Positions 13,161 to 24,234 of a stretch of DNA of 64,000 nucleotides are shown piece by piece (position 1 is the stretch's first letter; each line of letters starts with the position of its first letter). The notes beneath the pieces were generated by a model. That model made no database searches. It was not told where the DNA came from and saw only the letters and a program-made list of their open reading frames with translations. This DNA comes from Paraspadella gotoi (Eukaryota > Animalia > Chaetognatha): assembly GCA_051294375.1 (NCBI GenBank), contig CM119270.1, positions 10,187,579-10,251,578 of the forward strand, in the 5' to 3' direction. Both the position numbers and the translations under genes were made by a program.

Positions 13161-14026
13161 CGGTGTGTCCCAATGGTACAGTCTGTTAAGAAAAGCTTAC
13201 TGCTCCTATACCAAATCGAAAAGCTTTAATTTATTATAATGAATATGCGCACATGTATGGACCATTTTATGGGATACCTAAATTTTAAAAATTGAACAAA
13301 GCAAACTCCTGTAGTTAATAACTACTAGTTATTATATAAAGAAATTGGTAAAAAATTGTTTTCAGTGATTTTTTAAAAAAATTCTTCAATTATATATTTT
13401 TTAATATTTATCAAATATTTTTTATAATATTTAATAAATAATGTATTAAATCTTTTCTTTAGATGCAGGAAAGTAAGAAACTACCTCATATTTTTAGTTC
13501 CAGAGCTTTTATAATCCAGTAATCATTATTTTTAAAATTATCTACTTACCTTGTTCATATTACTTTTTGAATTGATTTAATAATAATTTATTGAATAAAT
13601 AGCAACCATTTTGTTCCGGCTTAATAATTCAATCGGTCAAAATTTTAAATAAATATCAAATTAATTAACATATTTTTATTAATTTTTATATTTTTTTAAT
13701 ATTTATTTATTTTATTATTAATGCACTTATTTTATGCAAATTAAAATTTAAATAATTTATATCTTTTTAAAATATTTTTTATGTAATTTTTTAATAAAAT
13801 TTATTTTAAAATAAAAAAATTATATAAAAATTAAAAAAGTGAGAAATGAGGACTCATTTAAAATTGAAAGTCCCTGCTAAGAAAAATTGATAAAAATATG
13901 AATTCAAAATATGAATCATAAATGGTAAGAACTTATCTTTGACATGTTATCTCAAAAATAACTTTTTAATAATACAGTTTCCGTCAATATGTAAAAGTTA
14001 ACCGACAGTACCATTGGGACACACTG
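13161..14026. mobile_element. Tc1/mariner-type non-autonomous element
   Basis: ~29-bp TIRs C(G/A)GTGTGTCCCAATGGTAC... / ...GTACCATTGGGACACACTG, flanked by TA on both sides. Confidence 0.8.
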
Positions 14027-14118
14027 TATATGCCAGAGTGTATGATACTTTTTTGATGCAGCAAAGGCAGAAAAGTTTTGAAACTTATTGTCTAATCTCA
14101 TTCTAAGACATTGTAGTT

Positions 14119-14288
14119 TATGATAATCCTTTCTTTTCGTTGTAAATGATTTAGAGAAAAACACAAAGTTTTATATTAGTTTTCAACGAATTTGTTTTTA
14201 TTGGTAAACAGACATTTCGGCTTTGGTTTTTTCAAACCTTCTTCATGTGTTTTTAGTTTGTGAATTAGACAAAATATTGTGCAAAGAA

Positions 14289-14325
<37 letters not shown>

Positions 14326-15025
14326 GTTAAAGTTTCCAACAAAGTGGTGAGACAGAATAGTGGTCAGAGGTGAGGACAGGGTAAGTTGAACACAGATTGA
14401 GTGAGTTTTGAAAAGAAATGAAATTTGTTAGAGAGAAAGAGAGAGAGAGAGAGATAGACACTTAACAGGGATAATAAATAATTAAATAATACATTGTGCA
14501 ATGTACAACAGTGATAAATGTTTAAAAACTGAAAAAGATTGGTGAGAATTTTTAACAATTGTAAAAGAGTGAATAAATAATTCAATATATGTACTAATTA
14601 GCTAAAAAATTTGGTGAAAATGTGAAGTTGAAAAATGAAAAAAGTTTAGGTTATATTTTTATTGCTATATAAGAGCTAAGAAATTGAATTTAAGGAGTAA
14701 GAAAGAGCTCAAAATGAGCTGGCCCCCCTTGGTTGTGCAAAGGAAGGACATAAAAAAAAAAAAAAAAAAAAAAACTCACTCAATCTGTGTTCAACTTACC
14801 CTGTCCTCACCTCTGACCACTATTCTGTCTCACCACTTTGTTGGAACTTTAACATTCCTTTTCCTCTCTCTCTCGTCTCTCTCTCACTCTTCTTTATGCC
14901 TGCAATATTTTCTGTCTAATTCACAAACTTAAAAAACACTGAAGAAGGCCTTGAAAACCAAAGCCGAAACAGTCTGTTTACCAATAAAAACAAATTCGTT
15001 GAAAACTAATAAAACTTTGTTTTTC
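14119..15025. mobile_element. Non-coding Penelope-like element with inverted pseudo-LTRs
   Basis: Inverted repeat of about 14150-14410 versus 14775-15030; 17-bp direct repeat TCTAAGACATTGTAGTT at 14102-14118 and 15026-15042; hammerhead motif in each arm. Confidence 0.7.
14934..14979 (+). ncRNA. Minimal type I hammerhead ribozyme motif
   Basis: AAACA-CTGAAGA-A-GGC...GCC-GAAAC-A-GTC-TGTTT: perfect 5-bp stem I, conserved core, stem II, very short stem III and GUC cleavage triplet. Confidence 0.75.
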
Positions 15026-16139
15026 TCTAAGACATTGTAGTTAAAAATATTTTTGGAATTACTTATTTATAGTATAATAATGCTTCTGGCAAGGTGTACA
15101 TTGCATTTGAAGTCAGCAGGTTCGGGTAAGTTACTGTTAGTGTTTCAAATGGTCTAATTATCGAGCCAGACGGCGAAGCCCGTCCTGGCTAGATCTTGTT
15201 TTGGTTTCGTTTCTTTGTGACGTCGTCGCCGTCGTCGTTGTCGTCGGCTTCGCGTTTTTTTTTATATAAAAACTACTACGGTTTATATAGTTTTGGCTGG
15301 GACTTAGTTTTTTAAAATAAAAATTACTATGAATTACGATATTTTTTTATAAAAGTGTGCGTCATAGTAAGTAAAAATGAAATTATGTGTGTGGGTATGG
15401 AAGTGTGTGATTGAGTTGGATATGAAGTTTCGATGGAATCGTGCGAGTGGAAATGAATTTAAATGGAAAAAACAAAAAAAATATATTTCACTATTTGAAT
15501 GCCAATTACTCATTAGTGGACGGGCCGATTGACTTGGAATTTTGTATGTGAGTAGGAAATCAAGTTTTGATGGAATCGTCTGAGAGGAAATGAGTTTAAA
15601 TGGAAAAAACAAAAAACCTGTTTCACTGATTGATTATGCTTTTTTTTATAATAAATATAAATGCAAGATTTATTAATTAATTAAATAATTAATCAGTTAG
15701 TCAATTAATTAATAAATGATTATTTAATTGGTCAATTAATCAATTAATTTATTTAGTTATCTATTAATTAATTATTTAATCAATCAATCAAGTCAATCGT
15801 TATTGGAATTATTGTTGTCGTCGCCATCATCCTCGTTGTTTCTTTTGTCATTGTCAGTGACGAAAAGATCTATAAACTAACCTTTTGAATCAAATTAATT
15901 AATTTATAAATTAAATTATTATTTTAGTTTATATAGTTTGTATTAATTAATTATTTAATTACCGCTAATGATCGTGGGCAGATCCGACATTGTTGGCTCA
16001 AACATATTCCATTTAAACTCATTTCTAATCAGACGATTCCATCGATTTCCAGCTTAATCACACACTTTCCTATCCACAATTTCAAATCAATCGCCCCATT
16101 GGCGTTCAAATAGTGAAATATATTTTTTTGTTTTTTTTA

Positions 16140-16441
16140 TTGTAACGCTTTTGCGCATCAGTGGCGTCGTCGTCGTTGTCGTCATCGTTGTCGTCTTTGG
16201 CGGCGGCGTTGTCGTCGGCATTGTCGTTGGCGTACCAAATTATAGATTGCCTTTTTTATGATTAAATTTGGGTGTATGAAGCTGAAAATTTATATACACC
16301 TTCTCATCATCGATGTGCTTCAAATTGGGTCAGTACAGTTATTAAATATGTTTTGTTTACTTTTTATCAAAACAAACAAATTTCCTTTCTTTTATTTTTA
16401 TGTTTCCTTCTCTCTCTCTTTTATCTTTCAATTATATGTAG

Positions 16442-16473
<32 letters not shown>

Positions 16474-17720
16474 CCCAGTGCTGATTCATCGGAAAAAAAA
16501 CGAATCTGCAGCTGACTCTGCAGGGGCTTATTCTTTTTCTCTCTTTTTTCCTGCTGCTTCTGCTGCTGCCTTTTGAGTCTGCAGCTGGCTCTGCAGGGGC
16601 TCTCTCTTTTTCTCTCTTTTTTCATGCTGCTTCTGCTGCTGCCTTTTTATTTCTTTCTTTTTCTCTCTCTCTCTCTCTTTCTGCGTTTTTATTAAAAAAA
16701 AAAATTGAATTAGGATTGAACTCGTAAAATTAGGCATCGCATTTGTGCATGTTATTATTTCATTTTTTTTTCTCAGGGACTACGTCTGCTGATCATTTAT
16801 TTTTTGACAATGAAAAAGTTTTTTTTTTTTCAGAAAGTAACTTTAATTTTCCTCAGTACTTTATTATTTTTTTTAATTGACAATCGCAAAATATAATTTT
16901 TTTTTCTGTTTATAAATTTTTTTTTTCTCAAATTTTATTTTTTTTAGTATCAAAATTGGTTGTCAATTCAGATTTTTCCTATGCGATTGCGACGATCCTT
17001 ATGCTTTTTTATCGTCGCAATCGCTTAGCGTTTGCAACGATATTGTAACGCTTTTGCACATAAGTGGCGTCGTCGTCATCGTCATTATCGTCGTCGGTGT
17101 TCCAAATTATAGATCGCCTTTTTTATGATTAAGTTTGAGTGTATGAAGCTGAAAATTAATATACAGCTTCTCATCATAGATGTGCTTAAAATTGAGTCTG
17201 GACAGTTATTAAATATGTTTTGTTTACGTTTTATCAAAACAAACAAATTTTCTCTCTTTTATTTTTATATTTCTTTCTCTCACTCTTTTCTCTTTTAATT
17301 ACATGTCTCTCTCCCTCTTTCTTTTCCCTAGTCACTGATTCATAGGGAAAAAAATGAGTCTGCAGCTGGCTCTGCAGGGGCTTATTCTTTTTCTCTCTTT
17401 TCTCCTGCTGCTTCTGCTGCTGCCTTTTGATTTCTTTCTTTTTTTCTGGGTGCCTCTGCTGCCGCTGCTGATTCGTCCGAAAACGATTTGGCTTCCTTCT
17501 CTCTTTTTCTTTTTTTTTTCTCAGGGGCTGCGTCTGCTGATCAGTTTATTTTTTTCCTTTCTATTCTTTCTTTCCTTTCTATTCTTTCTTTATATTTATT
17601 CTTTTCTTCTTTTTCTTTCTGTTTATAAATTAATTTTCTTTTCTCAAATTTTTTTTAATATCAAAATTTGTCGTCAATCCAGATTTTTCTTATGCGATTG
17701 CGACGATCCTTATGCTTTTG
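16140..17720 (+). mobile_element. Two tandem Helentron/DINE-like (HINE) non-autonomous elements
   Basis: 16140-17005 and 17006-17720 are related; hairpin ATCGTCGCAATCGC-TTA-GCGTTTGCAACGAT, (GTC)n microsatellite and sub-terminal repeat GCGATTGCGACGAT near the 3' ends. Confidence 0.55.
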
Positions 17721-18839
17721 AGATTTTTTCCATTTAAATTTCTTTCCACTTGGACAATTCCATTGAAACTTCATATCCATATCCCATATACACTAAGGCG
17801 TAGTGAAAGTTACATACGAAGTTCTGAAAAGTCAATTATGAAACAACCATACCATCAGTGACATTAATTTGTAAAAAAATAATTTTATGTTTTTTAATTT
17901 TCGCAGTAGCTATATTTATATATAGTACTATCCTTATAAAATTGAAAAATTTCAAAATAGGTCTTTTCTTAATTTTGATTGCAGATTTGATTCCTCGTCA
18001 AAAGTTGATAAAAGAAAATATAAATCATTTTTAAAAATTATTTCTCATAAGTGGTTTAAATTTAAAAAACTATAATTAAATATAAAAAAGTTAATTTTTA
18101 GCTTAAAATATAGCTTTTTCTAATTTTTGCCCCTTATAAAGGAATTTTTCAAAAAGAATTATATTTCTATCTATAAACTTTTTATGACAAATCCAAATCT
18201 GCAAAAAAATCTTAGAAAAAAATTGTTTTGAAATTTTAACATTTATTGGTTTAGTACTAGTATAAATATGGCCTACTGCGTAAATTGTAAAATTTATTCT
18301 AAATTTTTTTATTACATAAATGTTCATTAGTATAGTGTTGTTCATTCCTCACTTTTAGAATTTTAATTAAAGTTAAATTTAGCAATTTTACTACGCCTTC
18401 TGACCCACACAAAATTTCATTTTAATCCAATCCAATCCAATCACGAGTAATTGGAGTTTTTTGCTTAGGTGGGACGGACAGACAGACACATTTTTTTTTC
18501 ATAATTTATCATAATTCGATGTTCTGACATGATATAAGTGAATGCCCGACAAGATTGAGGAGGCGGACCGATGGGCCGACAAAGTGGATTTTTGAGTCGG
18601 GATCTGCTGATAAGTTCCGACTAAAAATAAAAGATTTTATTCCAATGCACTGTTCAGTAGAGGGGAACATGAACAAACAAGGATATTTAGACATAAGATG
18701 GTACAAAAAATCCAAAAAATACGAAGTACAAAAAATATTTTGCTTATATTTTTTGGGTATTATTAATTACAATACATTTATAGTAATATCCTTGTGTATA
18801 GACTTTCGATTTTGTTGTGTTTCGAATTTAGGGAGGAAA

Positions 18840-19095
18840 ACAATTTATTTGTTTCGTTTCAACGAATTTTAGGACATTATTTTCGGACATGTTTCGACTC
18901 TACAGTTAGTCTTCATCAGCATTGTGACAATCAATAATTTTTCTCTTTTAACATTAAGTTAGAGAGAAGGAGAGAGAGAGTAAAAGGGAGAGTTTCCAAC
19001 AAAGAATTGAGAAAGGGATAGTGGTCAGATGTGAGGACAGGTAAAGGCAAGGACAGGGAAGAAGAAAGTCAGTTGAAATTTGAAATTGAGGGAAT

Positions 19096-19127
<32 letters not shown>

Positions 19128-19190
19128 GAGAGAGAGAAAATCGTTACATTTGGTAATGTACAACAATGAAAAATGAAAATAATTTAGCAA
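18840..19190 (-). mobile_element. Penelope-like pseudo-LTR fragment with hammerhead motif (18884-18923)
   Basis: Minus strand CTGATGA-A-GACT...AGTC-GAAA-CATGTC; the body resembles the arms at 2569-2780 and 14150-14410. Confidence 0.6.
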
Positions 19191-20867
19191 ACTTAAAATT
19201 GAAAGCTCAATCAGCTTAAGATTAACATCCTTAACCGTTAATCATTAATAGTGCTAAATTGTGTTTAAGGTTTAAGCACAATATAATAATGATCTATAAA
19301 TAGTGTTTAATTATGTTTCCATTTTTTTACTTCAGGCAAAGCTAACTAGCTATACACTACACTGTTTTTTTTTAACCATTCAGTCGAAAATTTTCACAAT
19401 CCTGTACAGTTTCTAGTATAATTTTAAGTGCTTAAAACGATTAACAAGGTGTCCTCAATCAGATTTTGCGTTAGACCTACGCACAATTGACCGGAAGTTG
19501 ACGTTGACTACAATATGGAATTTTTCTCTTTTCTTTCATTCTTTAATAGTTTTATAAAAATAATAATTGCCTAAATTTTATGTTCCTCTCCTTATTTAAT
19601 AGGTTTTACTTTAAAAATTTTTAAAAAAAAGGTTTTTACCCATAGTGGGCGTGTCCAAAACCGGAAATGATGCTCAAAAACTGATAAAATACGCAATATT
19701 AATAGTTTTTGTTATAATGGTTTATAATGGTTTTTTATNNNNNNNNNNCAAACTTAAAATTGAAAGCTCAATCAGCTTAAGATTAACATCCTTAACCGTT
19801 AATCATTAATAGTGCTAAATTGTGTTTAAGGTTTAAGCACAATATAATAATGATCTATAAATAGTGTTTAATTATGTTTCCATTTTTTTACTTCAGGCAA
19901 AGCTAACTAGCTATACACTACACTGTTTTTTTTTAACCATTCAGTCGAAAATTTTCACAATCCTGNNNNNNNNNNNNNNNNNNNNNNNNNNNNNNNNNNN
20001 NNNNNNNNNNNNNNNNNNNNNNNNNNNNNNNNNNNNNNNNNNNNNNNNNNNNNNNNNNNNNNNNNAGAAAAAATTTCAACAAAGATTTGAGAAAAGGATA
20101 GAGGTTGAGGTTAGGTTTAGGCCAGAGAGAGAGAGATAGATATTGAAAAAAAATTTTCACTGTTTAAAGAAAAATCATTGCTTGAACTACTTCAAACTCT
20201 TTCTAATTCAAAAACGTGACAAAAGAAAGGATTTCACATAATGGTATAAATAATAATTTTTTCATTGCTGGATTAAAGGTTTTTTTTAAGGAAAAGAAAA
20301 GAAAATTTTAAATCTGATTAACTTTTTGATGCATGGATATTGTTTATCTTTTCCTTTACCTGGAAAAACTTAAAAATAGGGTATTCCCTCTAAAGATTTA
20401 CATAAAACTTTATGAAAAAAGGGTCTAACTTCCGGCTATAGTTTTTGAGCAAAAAAATGGTATGCCAGTAAAAAAATTACTGATGAAAAAAATTAAATTA
20501 GTAAAAGGTATTAAAAATTAAAACCAAGAATTGTTAAAATTAGAAAAGTCTCATTAATTGAATGAAATTGAAATGAAATTTTGAATATTTATAGTTAAAG
20601 TTTAAAGTCCTTTGGCTATTAAAAAACGAATCTTTTTAAGATGTAATAATTGATAAATATGATTGGATTTTTTTATGATATGGATGATAATCTTCTGTGA
20701 TAAAGCTGTCATATAACAGAAAAAAAACATTAGCAGTCAGAATAGATCAAAAACATTTAATAATAATAGTTAATATGATTATCAAGGACTATTTCCGGTT
20801 TGGGACACGCCCACTATTGATGAAAAGCCTTTATTGACATTTTTTGTCTAAGTACTACTTATTAAAT

Positions 20868-21584
20868 TGTAGTCGGGCATTGCCTAGGTTCACCCCGCCT
20901 AGAATCATGACACTTTCAGTTGTGACCCGGTGGCTCATTGAGTAAAGCCATCAGCTCATGACCACTAGATACCGGGTTCAATCCCAACCCGGTACCCTAC
21001 CCTGCGGGAAGGCGTGAGGAACGGCGCGCGGTTCCGCCTTGGGGTCATGGCAAACCCTCAAGCCTGGTTCCAAGCCCAGGGACCCGTTCCATGGCTGCAG
21101 AGGGGTTATAGAAGTTACGGACAGTCATCTTCAGCCCACGTAGCGCCTTATCCACACTGGTGAGCCCATCCTGTTCGAGCGTATTCCAACCTTCTGATTC
21201 CAGGCCTTGGTCTAGCTGAAGATTGCTCCCCTCCCTCCACTGGGAAGCAGTGCAGGGTGGGTTACAATCTGGGGGATGTAGTCGCCGGCAATGCCTAGGT
21301 TCACCCGCCTAGAATCATGACACTTTCAGTTGTGACCCGGTGGCTCATTGTGTAAAGCCATCAGCTCATGACCACTAGATACCCGGGTTCAATCCCAACC
21401 CGGTACCTACCCTGCGGGAAAGGTAGAGAACGGCCGTAAGCCGCCTTGGAGGGCCTCATGGCAAACCCTCAAGCCTGGTCCAAGGCCCATTACCGTCCTC
21501 CAGGTGCTGCATGATCGGGGTTCTGACTAGAAGCTTAGCGTGACTATGTCGATCTTCAGCTTCATCTTCATCTTCTTATCCACA
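20868..21584 (+). mobile_element. Full-length TRIM (miniature LTR retrotransposon) with tRNA-derived LTRs
   Basis: Direct repeats 20868-21156 and 21277-21584 (TGTAG...CCACA); 120-bp non-coding interior with PBS-like TGGTGAGCCC at 21158 and PPT GGGGGA at 21271-21276; TSD AAAT at 20864-20867 and 21585-21588. Confidence 0.9.
20924..20996 (+). promoter_or_regulatory. tRNA-like internal Pol III promoter within the TRIM LTR
   Basis: A box TGGCTCATTGAG (20931-20942), B box GGTTCAATCCC (20975-20985) at tRNA-like spacing, GCT/AGC D-stem and CTCATGA loop; conserved in all four LTR copies. Confidence 0.75.
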
Positions 21585-22530
21585 AAATAATTATTCTAAT
21601 TGCAGGATTAGTAAATAACAACTGGCTAACTTTTCATTTGTAGTAAAAATAACAATTTCATATTGTAGTCCACGCCAACTTCCGGTAAATTGTGCGCAGG
21701 TCTAATGCGAAATCTGATTGACGACACCTTGTTAATCGTTTTAAGCACTTAAAATTATACTAGAAACTGTACAGGATTGTGAAAATTTTCAGTGTAGTGT
21801 ATATATGTATATATATATATATTGATTGTAGTTTTTTATTTCTATTAATAGCATTGTGGTCCCTCTGCCCTTTACTTTAACACATTATAATTATAAATTT
21901 TTGGGTATATGTTATACACTAAGCATTAAATACTTATAATGACATTTTATAAAAATAAAACCTTGACGTTTTATGCATTAAACACTTTTTATACTAGATA
22001 TTTTTTGTTTTTTACTTTAAACACTTTTTTACTTTTTTAGGTTTAACGATTAAAAAAAAATATTATGGGGTATATGTTATACACTAAGCATTAAGTTTTA
22101 TGGAAAATAAAATCTTGACTGTTTATGCATTAAACACTTCATTTATGTTGCTTCTTGACATTTTTCGTTTTTTACTTTGCTTTGCTTTGCTTCCTTTTTA
22201 TACTTGAAATTTTTCTTCTTTTTTTTTTCCGGTTTTATGATTTTTACATTTGATCCTTGAACGTTCTTGAATGTTATTTTTTATAGTTTCTTATGAATTA
22301 GTTCATAACATTTATTAATGATTTTAAACGTTAGTGTCTTTTGTTTTTATTGAATTTCAATATGTAGGTTAGTTTTTTCTTGTTTTCCAGTCTTTTAATC
22401 TTTAGTTTCTTTTGTTTTTATTGAATTTCAATAAGTAGTTTAGTTTTCCAGTCTTTTACACTGTTACTGTTTATGATTATGTGAATACTGTTTTTGGTAT
22501 TAAATAATTTGTGTATTAAATAAAAAAAAT

Positions 22531-23260
22531 AAACAAGTTTGAGCAAACAATGTCGGATCTGCCCACAATCATTATCGGTAATTAATTAATTAATTAATTA
22601 AATAATTAATTAATAAATAAATAATTAATTAATAATTAATTTATTCAAGTTAATTATTAGATTAATTATGCAATTAATTAATTAATTTGATCCAAAATGT
22701 ATTTTTCTCTTAGATTGATTAATTAACTGATATAATAATTATTGATAAATTAATTGACTAATTGATTAATTAACTGATTAATTATTTGATTAATTAATAC
22801 ATCTTGCATTTACATTTAAAATAAAAAGAAAAAGAAGCATAATCAATTAGTGAAACAGGTTTCTTGTTTTTTCCATTTGAACTCATTTCCACTCAAATGA
22901 TTCCATCGAAACTTGATTTCAGTTTAATCACACACATTTCTACCCAAATACAAAATTTCAAGTCAATCGCCCATCCACTCATGAGTAATTGGTGTTCAAA
23001 TAGTGAAATATATTTTTTTGTTTTTTCAATTTAAACTCATTTCCTACTCTGGACGATTCCATCGAAACTTCATATCCATTTCAATCACACACTTCCCTAC
23101 CCACAGACAAAATTTCATTTCAATCCATCCATCCAATCACGAGAAATTGGTGTTTTTGCTAAGGTGGGACGGACGGACGAACGGAGGGATGGAGTGATTG
23201 AGTGATTGAGTGAGAGATTGACCAGATCTTGATTTGATAAGTTCACGTGTTGTTGTTGCC
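22531..23260 (-). mobile_element. Helentron/DINE-like interspersed repeat
   Basis: AAACAAGTTTGAGCAAACAATGTCGGATCTGCCC terminus, ATTA-rich block and (GGAC)n microsatellite; same family as 44363-45697, about 15340-16010 and about 18400-18625. Confidence 0.6.
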
Positions 23261-23480
23261 ACAATATGTTATTAAAAATTTAAATGTCTTCATCCACGGC
23301 GTAACCCTTTGTCGACTTGAACCCGACGAATTTTATATATTTTATTAATACCCATTCTGTATCTATTGATCATGAAATAATTGCTCACAATTAAATTCAC
23401 TATATTTTAAAAGATTATATGATTATTTTAATTTAATTCAAAATTTGTAGTCGGGCATTGCATAAGTTCACCCCGCCTAT

Positions 23481-23790
23481 AATAGCCATAGCTGATGAAA
23501 TTTAAATCATGAGCATAGATTATGGTATTAAAATATTTTTTGTCAAAATGCTTTCTTCTGAGGGTACTTGCCTAATTAAAATTATTATATTATTATATAA
23601 TGAAAAAAAATTAAAATCTTTGTGTAAATAAATTATCGTTGTTGACAATAAAAAAATATTCTTTTTCTTCTAATTTTAAAATCTAAAAATTTTTTTTATG
23701 GATTCTGATAGACCATAAAAAGTTTGAACATGTACTCAATGTAAATTTTTGTCTCATCCCATTAAGTGCAGCTATAAGCTATAAGCTATA
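23481..23790. mobile_element. AT-rich MITE-like insertion in the solo LTR
   Basis: Interrupts the LTR consensus; short imperfect inverted ends TAGCCATAGCTG / CAGCTATAAGCTA. Confidence 0.45.
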
Positions 23791-24234
23791 AGAATTATAC
23801 CTTCAGTTGTGACCCGGTGGCTCATTTAGTAAAGCTTGTGGCTATAAACATTATTTGTTTTGATTTGATTATTTAATTGTAGTTAATGTACTCATTACAT
23901 TTGGAGAATTAAATAAAAGCATGATGAGAGAGAAACATTGTTTTAATGTTATTAACATGAGGTGAAACATTAAGACTGAAATCATTCAGTAAACAAGTAC
24001 ATGTAAACGTTTAATAAACAAAATGCTAAAAATAGTTGAGCCATCTCTAGTGGAGAAATATAATCATATAAAAACAAAAGATTTAGATCTGGCTAATCTT
24101 AATTGTCCACATCCCCCGCTGTTGGAATATAATGGTATTAATATTTCCAACAAAAAATATAAATCGTTTTAAGTGTGGAAGAATGTTGATAAATATTCTA
24201 CAATATAAAATTTTGTACAAATGGTAATAAAGTT

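Larger units (their letters stand above)
19355..21799. mobile_element. CACTA/EnSpm-type non-autonomous DNA transposon with long TIRs
   Basis: Termini CACTACACTG...CAGTGTAGTG flanked by TA; inverted arms 19386-19520 versus 21659-21790 and 19641-19668 versus 20791-20818. The right arm is interrupted by the TRIM; two N gaps lie inside. Confidence 0.65.

Noticed and set aside
19749-19965. Direct duplication of about 19188-19405
   Set aside because: Apparently identical sequence sandwiched between two N gaps; most likely a scaffolding overlap artefact.
20924-20996. Functional tRNA-Met gene
   Set aside because: Acceptor and anticodon stems pair poorly, there is no T4 terminator, and it is embedded in TSD-flanked LTRs.
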